In this document: piece after piece, positions 30,325-40,293 of the stretch | Numbering within the stretch: the first letter of the stretch is position 1 | Layout: every line of letters starts with the position of its first letter | Assembly (NCBI GenBank): GCA_964607375.1 | Contig: CAZSJY010000004.1 | Coordinates: 1-51,533, forward strand | DNA length: 51,533 bases | Reading direction: 5' to 3' | DNA from: an uncultured bacterium | GTDB taxonomy: Bacteria; Fidelibacterota; Marinisomatia; SCGC-AAA003-L08; JACNLC01 | Program-made: the position numbers and the translations under genes | Notes under the pieces: generated by a model | Told to the model about the DNA's origin: nothing | What the model saw: only the letters and a program-made list of their open reading frames with translations | The model's database searches: none

Positions 30325-32159
30325 AAACGATAGTTGGAATTGATCTTGGAACCACCAACTCGTTGGTTGCGGTTATGAAAAACGGAGTTCCGCAAATTCT
30401 TGAGAACAGAAATAGAGAGCGCATTCTTCCTTCAGTATTAGCATTTATGGAAAATGGGAAAATTCTTGTTGGAAATCCAGCGAAAGAACTTAGGTCGGAG
30501 ATTCCATTTAGTGTAGTAGCTTCCACCAAACGATTGATGGGCAAAGGAATCAACGATTTAACTGAAGAAGATAAACTGTTTTTCCCGTTTGATTTTTCCG
30601 AATCCGACGAAAAAGGAATTTTGAAATTTCGAGTTCAAAATCACACTGTCACCCCACCTGAACTTTCCGCTCGATTGTTGCTGGAATTAAAACGAACTGC
30701 AGAAAATATTTTGGAAGAATCTGTTACAGATGCGGTTATTACAGTTCCAGCGTATTTTAATGATGCTCAACGACAAGCAACCAAAGATGCTGGAGAGCTA
30801 GCTGGACTGAAAGTTTTAAGAGTTGTCAACGAACCTACTGTGGCTGCATTAGCTTATGGTTTACAGAAAAATCAACAAGGCAACATTGCAGTTTTCGATT
30901 TGGGTGGTGGGACTTTTGATATTTCCATCCTTCAGTTAAAAGATGGAATTTTTGATGTGATTTCGACTAATGGTGATACTCACCTTGGTGGGGATGATTT
31001 TGATATGGAATTGGTGAAATACTTCCAACAGGAAATTGAAAAACTTAAACCCAACTTTTTTTCTAATCATCCCGAAGCGGGTTATTTCATCCGCAAAATT
31101 GCAGAACAAACCAAAATTTATTTATCTACACACGATGAAGCTCCGGTGAAAATTCAGTATCCAAAAGGAAATTTGGATTTCGAAACCACTATCACAATAC
31201 ACCAATTTGAGGAGATGATTTCTCCAATTTTACAAAAAGCATTTGATGCTTGTAGCATCGCTCTAACTGATGCAGACTTCCAATCAGTAGATATTGATAA
31301 TGTGGTTTTAGTGGGAGGTTCTACTCGAATTCCATTTGTCCAAAAAAAAGTTGAAGAATTTTTTGGTAAAACTCCCAAAACTGATATTAATCCTGATGAA
31401 GTGGTTGCGTTGGGTGCATCCATCCAAGCGAATATTTTGGCTGAAGGAAATTCCGATATGCTTTTGTTGGATGTTGTTCCACTTTCGCTAGGAATGGAAA
31501 CTTACGGAGGAGTGATGAATAAAATGATTCTGCGAAACACAAAAATCCCAACAACTCATACAGAAGTTTTCACTAACTTTGCTGATGGTCAAAATGCCAT
31601 CAATTTTAATATTTTTCAAGGTGAACGCGAGATGGTAACGGATTGTAATCATTTAGCAAGTTTCAAGTTTTCAGGCCTGGAATCGCTTCCTGCAGGTGTG
31701 CATAGAATTGAAACCACTTTTATGGTGGATGCCAATGGAATTCTCAACATTTCAGCAATTGACCAACGCACCCAAAAAGCTCAAAAAGTACAGGTTAATC
31801 CGAGTTATGGACTTAAAGATAGTGATGTGAAAAATATCGTAAAAGATTCTTTCCTGAATGCAGAAGAAGATTTCAAAAATCGGATGCTAGCGGAATCTTG
31901 TTCCGAAGCTAAACAAGTTTTGAATGCAGCTCATAAAGCATTGAAAGAACATCAAAGTTTGATTGAATCAGCCGAGGAAATGGAAGATATTCGATTGTCA
32001 ATCAAAGAACTTGAAGAGAGTATCAAAAATGATGACCATAATATCATCATTGCTTTGACAGAAAGTTTGAGTAAAGCAACCAATTCACTAGCGGTGCGAA
32101 TTATGAATATCGCTACACAGAAATCACTAAAAGACCAGAATGTAGAGGATATAAAATAA
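30321..32159 (+). CDS. hscA: Fe-S chaperone HscA (Hsp70)
   Basis: [35 protein letters not shown]; lies between hscB and fdx. Confidence 0.9.
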   Translation: MKTIVGIDLGTTNSLVAVMKNGVPQILENRNRERILPSVLAFMENGKILVGNPAKELRSEIPFSVVASTKRLMGKGINDLTEEDKLFFPFDFSESDEKGILKFRVQNHTVTPPELSARLLLELKRTAENILEESVTDAVITVPAYFNDAQRQATKDAGELAGLKVLRVVNEPTVAALAYGLQKNQQGNIAVFDLGGGTFDISILQLKDGIFDVISTNGDTHLGGDDFDMELVKYFQQEIEKLKPNFFSNHPEAGYFIRKIAEQTKIYLSTHDEAPVKIQYPKGNLDFETTITIHQFEEMISPILQKAFDACSIALTDADFQSVDIDNVVLVGGSTRIPFVQKKVEEFFGKTPKTDINPDEVVALGASIQANILAEGNSDMLLLDVVPLSLGMETYGGVMNKMILRNTKIPTTHTEVFTNFADGQNAINFNIFQGEREMVTDCNHLASFKFSGLESLPAGVHRIETTFMVDANGILNISAIDQRTQKAQKVQVNPSYGLKDSDVKNIVKDSFLNAEEDFKNRMLAESCSEAKQVLNAAHKALKEHQSLIESAEEMEDIRLSIKELEESIKNDDHNIIIALTESLSKATNSLAVRIMNIATQKSLKDQNVEDIK

Positions 32160-32482
32160 TGTCAAAATTCACTATAAAATTCTTACCTGACGATGTTTCG
32201 ATTACAGTTGATTCAGAAGACTTCCCTTTTGGTGTCCACGGAGAACCAGGTTCAATTTTAGATATTGCACTTGCTAATGACATTGAACTCGACCACAATT
32301 GCGGTGGAGTCGGAGCTTGTTCTACTTGTCATGTTATTGTTAAATCCGGTATGGAAAATCTTTCTGAGATGGATGATGATGAAGCCGATCAGGTTGATAA
32401 TGCTGATGGCGTAACTCTCAACTCTCGTTTGGGTTGTCAATGTATCGCACAGGGAGATGTAACTGTAAAAATCCCAGAGTAG
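32159..32482 (+). CDS. fdx: ISC 2Fe-2S ferredoxin
   Basis: HNCGGVGACSTCHV...SRLGCQ. Confidence 0.92.
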   Translation: MSKFTIKFLPDDVSITVDSEDFPFGVHGEPGSILDIALANDIELDHNCGGVGACSTCHVIVKSGMENLSEMDDDEADQVDNADGVTLNSRLGCQCIAQGDVTVKIPE

Positions 32483-32647
32483 TGTATGGAGTGGGAGAAC
32501 GCATACTGAAATGGGACTGTTCAGTTAGCATGTAAAATCAATACATGTGTAACACTTTAGTTTTAATACAAATGAAACAATAGTTTACATTGTTTAAAGT
32601 GAAATTAAATTCCTAATAAATTACTTTTGGAGTATCAAATTAAAACA

Positions 32648-33265
32648 ATGAATCTAACACAACTCGGAACCGAACTTAAAAAGCGATGGAAATACCCTTA
32701 TCGTTGGGGGAGAAAGCAATCCGATGATTGGGATAAACAAACGAATTTTATTTATGATACGGTTAGTTTTAATTCACTGATACAAAGGACTAAAAGTTTC
32801 GACAAACCATTATTTAATTATGCTCTAAATCGGTGGTATAATTTTTGGTCGGCAATGGCAGTAGAAAATATTTTTACAACTCATCAATGTGTTATTTCCA
32901 ATCTAAACGCTAAAGACAAACTTGTAGATTTCAAAATTAACGGAATTCCATTTGACCATAAGACTTCTGTTTTTCCAAAAGGATTTGGACATTCGTTTAA
33001 ATATGCCTGTGAAAACCAAAACGATTTGATTTTATGGTTGTATGAAAATCAAAGTCAAGAAGGACGAAAGCATCTTAAGAATCGATTGTTTGTGGTATTA
33101 TTTGATGAAATATCAAATCAACATTGGAAACTAAAAGCTGAAATTTCTTTATTGAAAATTGCCATTGATAATTATGTAAACGAATTTTTACCACAAAAAT
33201 TAACTCAATTAAACTTTGGTGATGGCATTGTTTTATCGGATATTATCTGGATCAAAAAACAATAA
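32648..33265 (+). CDS. hypothetical protein, candidate restriction endonuclease
   Basis: Directly upstream of a DNA methylase; VDFKINGIPFDHK resembles a PD-(D/E)xK core. Confidence 0.55.
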   Translation: MNLTQLGTELKKRWKYPYRWGRKQSDDWDKQTNFIYDTVSFNSLIQRTKSFDKPLFNYALNRWYNFWSAMAVENIFTTHQCVISNLNAKDKLVDFKINGIPFDHKTSVFPKGFGHSFKYACENQNDLILWLYENQSQEGRKHLKNRLFVVLFDEISNQHWKLKAEISLLKIAIDNYVNEFLPQKLTQLNFGDGIVLSDIIWIKKQ

Positions 33266-33277
33266 AAAGGATAATAT

Positions 33278-34282
33278 TTGAATTACATTGGCTCAAAACA
33301 TAAACTGATACAATTTATAAAAAATACTGTTTATTCAGTAGTCGGAGAAAATTTATCCGATATTGTTTTCTGTGATATTTTTGCAGGGACTGGTATTGTT
33401 GGGCGTAACTTTAAAAAGGAAGTTAAAACAGTACTTAGTAATGATTTTGAGTACTATAGTTTTGTCTTAAATAAAAATTATATTGAAAATCATTTACCTA
33501 TCCAAAATAACATTGAATTACTATCCGAGTTAAATTCTGTTAAACCAATTGATGGATTTGTTTTTAATAATTATTGTTTAGGTGGAGGTAAAGATCGACA
33601 GTATTTTTCAGATTTCAATGGAAGAAAAATAGATGCAATTCGTCAGAAAATTAAGTCTTGGGAAAACAACAAATCTATTAACGATTCAGCTTGCTATTTT
33701 TTATTAGCAAGTTTACTCGAAAGTGCTGATAAAGTAGCCAATACTGCATCGGTTTATGGAGCTTATTTAAAACAACTTAAAAAATCTGCTATAAAAGAGT
33801 TGATAATATCCCCAGCTGAGTTTGATCTATGTGATAATAAACATCAAGTATTTCAAGAGGACAGCAATCTTCTTATCAACAAAATTGAAGGTGACATTTT
33901 ATATTTGGATCCACCTTACAACACTCGCCAATATGGAGCAAATTACCATTTGTTAAATACAATTGCAGAATATAAGAATTTTGTTCCACAAGGGAAAACG
34001 GGACTAAGGAAATATAATAAATCGAGATACTGCAGTCAGCAATCTGTGGAAAAAGAGTTTGAAACATTGATAAAAAATGCGAGATTTGAATACATATTTT
34101 TAAGCTACAATAATGAAGGTTTGATGTCTGTTGGTAAAATTCAAAAGATCTTGAGAAAGTATGGGGTTTACGATTTAACTTCGAAAGTTTATCAAAGATT
34201 TAAAGCTGATAAAGATACTAATAGAAATCATAAAGCAAATGTAACAAAAGAGTATTTACACATTTTGAGGAAAAGTGGATAA
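33278..34282 (+). CDS. N6-adenine DNA methyltransferase, M.NlaIII/M.HpyI-like (probable CATG)
   Basis: [47 protein letters not shown]; closely resembles M.NlaIII as recalled. Confidence 0.88.
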   Translation: MNYIGSKHKLIQFIKNTVYSVVGENLSDIVFCDIFAGTGIVGRNFKKEVKTVLSNDFEYYSFVLNKNYIENHLPIQNNIELLSELNSVKPIDGFVFNNYCLGGGKDRQYFSDFNGRKIDAIRQKIKSWENNKSINDSACYFLLASLLESADKVANTASVYGAYLKQLKKSAIKELIISPAEFDLCDNKHQVFQEDSNLLINKIEGDILYLDPPYNTRQYGANYHLLNTIAEYKNFVPQGKTGLRKYNKSRYCSQQSVEKEFETLIKNARFEYIFLSYNNEGLMSVGKIQKILRKYGVYDLTSKVYQRFKADKDTNRNHKANVTKEYLHILRKSG

Positions 34283-34733
34283 CATTAGAATAGTAGAGAT
34301 ATTTACAGACGGTGCGTGCAAAGGAAATCCAGGTATTGGTGGATGGGGTGCAATTTTGCGATATGGAAACATCACAAAAGAACTAAACGGATGTTCTAAC
34401 AACACTACAAATAATATTATGGAATTGACCGCTGTTATTGAAGCACTCAAATCGTTAACAAGACAATGTAAAGTTTCAATTACTACCGATTCCAACTATG
34501 TCAAAAATGGAATTACCAAATGGATAGAAAATTGGAAAACTAACGGTTGGAAAACTGCAAATAAAAAACCAGTTAAAAATAAAGAACTTTGGGGAAGACT
34601 GTTAACAGAATCCGAAAAACATGAAATAAAATGGCATTGGGTAAAAGGACATTCTGGACATCCAGAAAATGAAAGAGCAGATGAACTTGCCAATATAGCA
34701 ATAGAAAAAATATTAGCAAATGTCGATCATTAG
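34275..34733 (+). CDS. rnhA: ribonuclease HI
   Basis: [41 protein letters not shown]. Confidence 0.96.
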   Translation: MDNIRIVEIFTDGACKGNPGIGGWGAILRYGNITKELNGCSNNTTNNIMELTAVIEALKSLTRQCKVSITTDSNYVKNGITKWIENWKTNGWKTANKKPVKNKELWGRLLTESEKHEIKWHWVKGHSGHPENERADELANIAIEKILANVDH

Positions 34734-34760
34734 TAACTTGAAGTTTTCATCTGTAATGAT

Positions 34761-36140
34761 TTAGTCATTACTTTGGTTAGGTAAAGTAATTGTTACAATA
34801 AAGCCAGGATTAGCATTAGCAAATGTAATTGAACCATTATGGTATTCGACTATTTTACTGCAGATTGCTAATCCTAATCCAACACCAGTTTTGGGTGAAA
34901 CATTTTGATCTGAACGATAAAATCTCTTTGATAGGATTGGGATTTCTTCTTCGATTACTCCAGGTCCATCATCGCGTATGATCAACTTGATATTATTATC
35001 AATTTGTTTCAATATTATTTCAATAAATCCATTTTCATAGTTGTATTTAATTGCATTATCAAGAATATTACGAATAAGCATCTTCAACCATTGTTTATCA
35101 CCTGAAAACTCTATAGAATCTACTTCAGTTAAACTCAATTGTAATCCCTTTTGTGCTATATTGGTTTGGAAGTGAGTTATGGTATCAAAAACAAGATCAT
35201 TCATCCAGACTTTTTCTTCAACAATTGGGCTTTGGGAAGATTCCAATAGTGCTAAATTTGTCAATGTTTATGTTATATCTTCAAGATATCTGATTTCTTC
35301 ACTTATTGAATCTACAGATTCCTTTATGTGTTCTTTGTCATCAGAGGTTAAAACGGATGAGATTTCACTTTTAATAATTGCTAATGGTGTTTTGAGTTCA
35401 TGAGATGCATTTGCACTGAATTGTTTTACCGATTTGAATGATTGTTCCAAACGATTTAGTAAACCGTTAATCTGTTTAACCATATTTGAAATTTCTTCAT
35501 CTTTGCAATCAGTGAGAATTCTAGTTTTTAGATTTTCTCCTTTAATGGAGTTTAATTGTTGAGTAATATTACCAAATGGTCGGAGTGATTTTTGGCTTAT
35601 ATACAAACCACCGAAATAGCTCAACAATAATCCGAAAATTAAAACAGGAATTAATGTTGCTAAAAACGACTTTTTATATTCTGTAACTCTTTTCATTGTA
35701 ATCGCGGCATTAATGTATCCAATAATTTCATCATTATCTTGAATAGGTTTTGTGATTCCTCGAATATTATAAGAGTGGAAATTTGCATTATAGAATTGGT
35801 TTTTAGTTTTTGGCCAAGGGAGAGAGTTGTCTTGTAAATTATCTGTTTTATGTGTGATTTCATTATGTTGCATAATTTCAACAAAAATTGGGTAATCAGA
35901 GCCAAGAAGATGTTCAGGTTCTGTCCATTCTCTAGAATATGAAATTAGCAAACTATCATTTTTGTACTGTAGAGTATATGCCATTTCATCAGCTTCAATT
36001 AAAAGGTGTTCATCAATTGATTTTTTTATCAAGTTAACATTTGAGAAATAGTTTATCATACTTACAATAAAGAGTATCAACAGAAATACTATGGTAGAAA
36101 CTGAAGCTAATTTTTGTCGAAGAGAAGGAAAATAGATCAT
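34761..36140 (-). pseudogene. CusS/CzcS-like HAMP sensor histidine kinase interrupted by one in-frame TAA (35268-35270)
   Basis: 2 TM, HAMP, ASHELKTPL, then EDIT*TLTNLALLE continuing in frame into NILDNAIKY, DDGPG, GVGLGLAI. Confidence 0.85.
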
Positions 36141-36811
36141 TGCTCTATGGATATTTTGTATCCTATACCACGAACAGAATGAATAAGAGAATTAGCACCA
36201 TTGTAATGCAACTTATTCCGCAGATAGTTGATGTAAACATCTACAATATTTGATTCTGGGGAAAAATTTAATCCCCATACTTCCTTCAGAAGTACTTCTC
36301 TTGATTGGGGTTTATCCAAATTCAACATTAGAAATTCGAGGAGTTCATACTCTTGAGTGGAAAGAAAAATTCGTATATTGTTTCTTGTAATATGTCGATT
36401 TGATGTATCAATTACCAAATCATCAATTTCTAAAGTAGTATTTTTTTCTAGTTTGCTTCTTCGATAAAGTGAGTGAATTCTTGCCACTAACTCTGAAAAG
36501 TCAAATGGTTTACAAAGATAATCATCTGCACAGGTTTCAAGAGCCTTTACCCTATGTTGAACTGAATCCATCGCTGTTAACATTAAAATTGGAGTTGAAA
36601 TATCAGTTTTTCTTACATCTTCGCAAATTTCAATACCGGATTTTTCTGGCAACCTCCAGTCTAGGATAATGATATCAAATTTGTTTTGAGAAGCCATTTC
36701 GAAACCGGATTTCCCATCAAAACAAATTTCAACAGTCATATTTTGTTTTTCTAACTGTCGAGCAATTGAACGAGCAAGCTTAATTTCGTCTTCTACAAGT
36801 AGAATTTTCAT
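36137..36811 (-). CDS. OmpR-family response regulator (CusR-like)
   Basis: ILLVEDE, IILDWRLP, DDYLCKPF, SNIVDVYINYLRNK, VRGIGY. Confidence 0.92.
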   Translation of the reverse strand: MKILLVEDEIKLARSIARQLEKQNMTVEICFDGKSGFEMASQNKFDIIILDWRLPEKSGIEICEDVRKTDISTPILMLTAMDSVQHRVKALETCADDYLCKPFDFSELVARIHSLYRRSKLEKNTTLEIDDLVIDTSNRHITRNNIRIFLSTQEYELLEFLMLNLDKPQSREVLLKEVWGLNFSPESNIVDVYINYLRNKLHYNGANSLIHSVRGIGYKISIEQ

Positions 36812-36860
36812 AGTATAAATTAAATATCCTTTACTGTTATATATCAAAATAAAATATGTT

Positions 36861-36876
36861 TATTAGAGTATTCTAA
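36861..36876. promoter_or_regulatory. putative operator TATTAGAGTATTCTAA, copy 1
   Basis: TTAGA-GTAT-TCTAA dyad ending 85 nt before ATG 36961; identical copy at 40190-40205. Confidence 0.65.
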
Positions 36877-36960
36877 TTTTTATTTATCATCTGCTAAAAG
36901 ATACATTTGTTTAGGATATATATGAAACATATTAATCATTAATTAGAAAAAGGAAAAAAA

Positions 36961-39900
36961 ATGAAGAATTATAAAATTACATTTAGTTACAAAGTGATAC
37001 CTATGGTAGCTCTTTTAGGTATGTTAATTTCGTTTGTATATCCAGAACATAATTCTGGTTACAATTGTATGAATTGTCATTTTAACAATGGTCCGGGAGA
37101 TGCAGTGTTTGATTTTTCAGGAACAGTGTATTCCTCATCTCAGGGAGGTAGTCCAATGTCGGGTGTGACCGTGAGAATACAAGATAGCACAGGTCATATT
37201 TTTACAGAAAACACACATAATCCAACTGGAAATTTTTGGATGGAAACCGATGAAGATGACAGAGTAACTCCTGTCCCTCCTTATACAGCAACAGTTTCAA
37301 AGGATGGGGTCACAATTCCTATGGTATCTGCATTTTCTAATGGATCGTGTAATAGTTGTCACAATAGTAATATGAGGATATTCTTTGATGAAAACTACAA
37401 TAATGATCCTCCAACAGTAGTAATAGTTTCACCTGCAAATGGAGATAATTTTGAAATATCTGATATTGATGTAGAGATTTTATCAGAAAATATTACTGAT
37501 GGTGATTACTTTAATGCTTATATCGATGGTATTTTAGTAGGTACATTTTCTTCAACTGCATTTACATTGCAGGATATTTCTGATGGAGAACATAATCTCG
37601 AAGTAGCGATAGTTGAGAGTAACGGACAAGAATATGATAATCCTGAAGCAAGAGCAACAGTATTTTTTACGATAAATTCTTCCTCAACTTTGACAGTTGA
37701 TTATTTGACACAAATCCAGCCAATATTAAACAACAATTGTGTAAGTTGCCATAGTTCAAGCTGGGCTGCAGGGGGAGCGAGTTACGAAGATTATAATTCT
37801 ACAATTAACACTGGAGGTGTGGTACCTTTCGATCATTCAAGTAGTTTAATGTGGCAAGTTGTAGACAATGGAAGTATGCCTACTAGTTACAATTTAAGTA
37901 GTAGTGATATAGATTTGATATCTCAATGGATTGATGAGGGAGCATTGCCTGAAGGCTCGATTTCTTCTCCTCCAATTTCTGGTTTTACATCAGATATAAC
38001 AAATGGTAATGCACCCTTATCAGTTAGCTTTACCGATATTTCTATTGTTGGCGATGCTCCAATCATTTCTTGGGATTGGGAATTTGGTGATGGTGGTACG
38101 AGTGTAGAACAAAATCCTACATATGTTTATTCAAATGTAGGTACTTTTTCCGTTAGTTTAACAGTTGTTGACGAAAATGGTTTATCAGACTCAATTACAG
38201 AAATTGACTTTATCACAGTTACTGAAGAACAAGTGAATCCAAACTACCCAAATTGGTCTGTTAATCCACCCTCGTTTGAATTTAATATGACCTTAACCAG
38301 TGTTATATTCTTTAATGGAGAAGAGTCATTTGATGAAAGTGATTTACTTGGTGCATTTGTAGATGGAGAATGCAGAGGTTTAGCGTCACCGTCATTTTTC
38401 CCCGTTACAGAACACTATACAATAAATTTAATAATTTACAGTAATCTGACAACAGGAGAAGAAATTACATTCAGAGCTTATGATTATTCGGAAGATATTG
38501 TTTTTGAAACAGTAACAGAAACAATTAGTTTTAATGTAAATGATAATCAAGGAAACGATATAAGCCCAATTGAACTTCACGCCATCTCTGAACAAATGGA
38601 TTTGATAACATTAATAATACCTCAGGAAACTGCATTTACTGGTGATGACATTTCACTCGGAATTGCACTTGACTTACCACCTGATGTTTTTTTTAATGCA
38701 ATTGAACTTAATATAAATGGTTATTTTGATGGTTTGGATTTAGTTTCAATAACTACAGAAAATAGTTTATCTTCAAGCTGGGAAGTAGAATATAATGAAG
38801 TTGATGAGGAGTTATTAGTTGCTCTATACGGTTCGAGTTCTATTGAATCCAGTGGAACCTTGTGTTATCTCGATTTTGTAATTGAGGAATCGGCTGACGG
38901 TTTTATTCCGATTAATATATCGGATGCAATTATTGATGAAACTTTGTATGATATAAACTTAGTTTCAGGTGGTGTAGAAGTTGAAGGTGGTGTTCCTCCT
39001 GTTGCAGATTTCTCTGCTACGCCTGTAACTGGTTTTGGAGAATTGGATGTTCAATTTACAAATCTGTCTGATTTAGGAAATGGTGACATAATTTCATATC
39101 AATGGGATTTTGGAGATGGTGGAACTTCGAACGAAGAAGATCCATCGCATACTTATTATGAGATAGGTATCTACTCCGTAACTTTGGAAGTTAGTACGAC
39201 TTTTGGTTACGATGAAGTTACTCAAACAGACTTAATTATTCTGGGAATTGCAGGGGATGTAAGTTTGAATGGAGAGGTTCACGCTTACGATGCAGCATTA
39301 ATTCTGCAATACCTAGTTGATGAACAAGAACTATCGCCTCTTCAGTTATTCAATTCTGATGTTAGCTTGAACAATGTAGTAACTGCATACGACGCTTCTT
39401 TGATAGCTAAATTCGTGGTTGAATTAATTGATGATCTTCCATATCCTGAAGTATTATCAGCTGATGGTGTGATTTCTATGAATGATCTTGAGATTTATTC
39501 TCAACAGGATCAGATTTCTATACCATTGTATTTGACGGAAGGTGAGAATATTTTGTCATTCGAAACAGAAATCGAATTTGATTCTGAATTGTTGAATCTA
39601 GAAAATATTATTTGGCCAAATCAAGAAGATGGTTTTATGATTGAGATTAATGAAGATGATGGTATAATCAAAATTGCAGGAGCTGGCCAAACTCCCTATG
39701 GAAATGAGGAAATATTTGCTGAGTTAATATTTGAAAGTGAAAGTGAATTTATTGGAGAAGCTGTAGTAAATATTTCATCTCATCGTTGGAATGAAGAAGA
39801 AATTCAGGAAGATATTACTCAATCAATATTAACGTTTGTACTTGACATATCAAGTAATGAAATTCCTAATGATTTTCAACTATCTAAAATATATCCCAAT

Positions 39901-40131
39901 CCTTTCAATCCAACTGCAACCATTGAGTACTTATTACCAATTCAAACTAGTATTGAGTTAGTAATATTCGATTTACAAGGATTGCAAGTGCAGGAAATTT
40001 GGAATGGTAAACAAGTTGCAGGTATCCACCAAGTTTCCATTGATGGTTCTGAAATGACAAGTGGTGTATATTTTGTAAGGATGACAACTCCATATAATAG
40101 CCAAATACAGAAACTTGTTTTAATGAAGTAA
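36961..40131 (+). CDS. secreted triheme cytochrome c with 2 PKD, 2 cohesin-like, dockerin and C-terminal sorting domains
   Basis: Signal peptide; CMNCH, CNSCH, CVSCH; two WxFGDG; GDVSLNGEVHAYDA..SDVSLNNVVTAYDA; YPNPFNP..KLVLMK. Confidence 0.85.
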   Translation: MKNYKITFSYKVIPMVALLGMLISFVYPEHNSGYNCMNCHFNNGPGDAVFDFSGTVYSSSQGGSPMSGVTVRIQDSTGHIFTENTHNPTGNFWMETDEDDRVTPVPPYTATVSKDGVTIPMVSAFSNGSCNSCHNSNMRIFFDENYNNDPPTVVIVSPANGDNFEISDIDVEILSENITDGDYFNAYIDGILVGTFSSTAFTLQDISDGEHNLEVAIVESNGQEYDNPEARATVFFTINSSSTLTVDYLTQIQPILNNNCVSCHSSSWAAGGASYEDYNSTINTGGVVPFDHSSSLMWQVVDNGSMPTSYNLSSSDIDLISQWIDEGALPEGSISSPPISGFTSDITNGNAPLSVSFTDISIVGDAPIISWDWEFGDGGTSVEQNPTYVYSNVGTFSVSLTVVDENGLSDSITEIDFITVTEEQVNPNYPNWSVNPPSFEFNMTLTSVIFFNGEESFDESDLLGAFVDGECRGLASPSFFPVTEHYTINLIIYSNLTTGEEITFRAYDYSEDIVFETVTETISFNVNDNQGNDISPIELHAISEQMDLITLIIPQETAFTGDDISLGIALDLPPDVFFNAIELNINGYFDGLDLVSITTENSLSSSWEVEYNEVDEELLVALYGSSSIESSGTLCYLDFVIEESADGFIPINISDAIIDETLYDINLVSGGVEVEGGVPPVADFSATPVTGFGELDVQFTNLSDLGNGDIISYQWDFGDGGTSNEEDPSHTYYEIGIYSVTLEVSTTFGYDEVTQTDLIILGIAGDVSLNGEVHAYDAALILQYLVDEQELSPLQLFNSDVSLNNVVTAYDASLIAKFVVELIDDLPYPEVLSADGVISMNDLEIYSQQDQISIPLYLTEGENILSFETEIEFDSELLNLENIIWPNQEDGFMIEINEDDGIIKIAGAGQTPYGNEEIFAELIFESESEFIGEAVVNISSHRWNEEEIQEDITQSILTFVLDISSNEIPNDFQLSKIYPNPFNPTATIEYLLPIQTSIELVIFDLQGLQVQEIWNGKQVAGIHQVSIDGSEMTSGVYFVRMTTPYNSQIQKLVLMK

Positions 40132-40152
40132 ACTTCAAGTAACAATTTTAAA

Positions 40153-40190
40153 AATAGAAAAACGCTCTCATTGGAGAGCGTTTTTCTATT
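40153..40190 (+). terminator. intrinsic terminator, potentially bidirectional
   Basis: Perfect 17 bp stem AATAGAAAAACGCTCTC-attg-GAGAGCGTTTTTCTATT. Confidence 0.85.
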
Positions 40191-40205
40191 ATTAGAGTAT
40201 TCTAA
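40190..40205. promoter_or_regulatory. putative operator TATTAGAGTATTCTAA, copy 2
   Basis: Identical to 36861-36876; ends 89 nt before ATG 40294. Confidence 0.65.
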
Positions 40206-40293
40206 CTGTTTTCACTAAAATGTATTTAATATTTTACGAATGAGAATACAATGAGTATTCATTTGAGTAAATCAAAAAAAGAAGGGGAAAAAA

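Noticed and set aside
32297-32332. CSTCH in fdx as a heme site
   Set aside because: It is part of the 2Fe-2S motif of a cytoplasmic ferredoxin.
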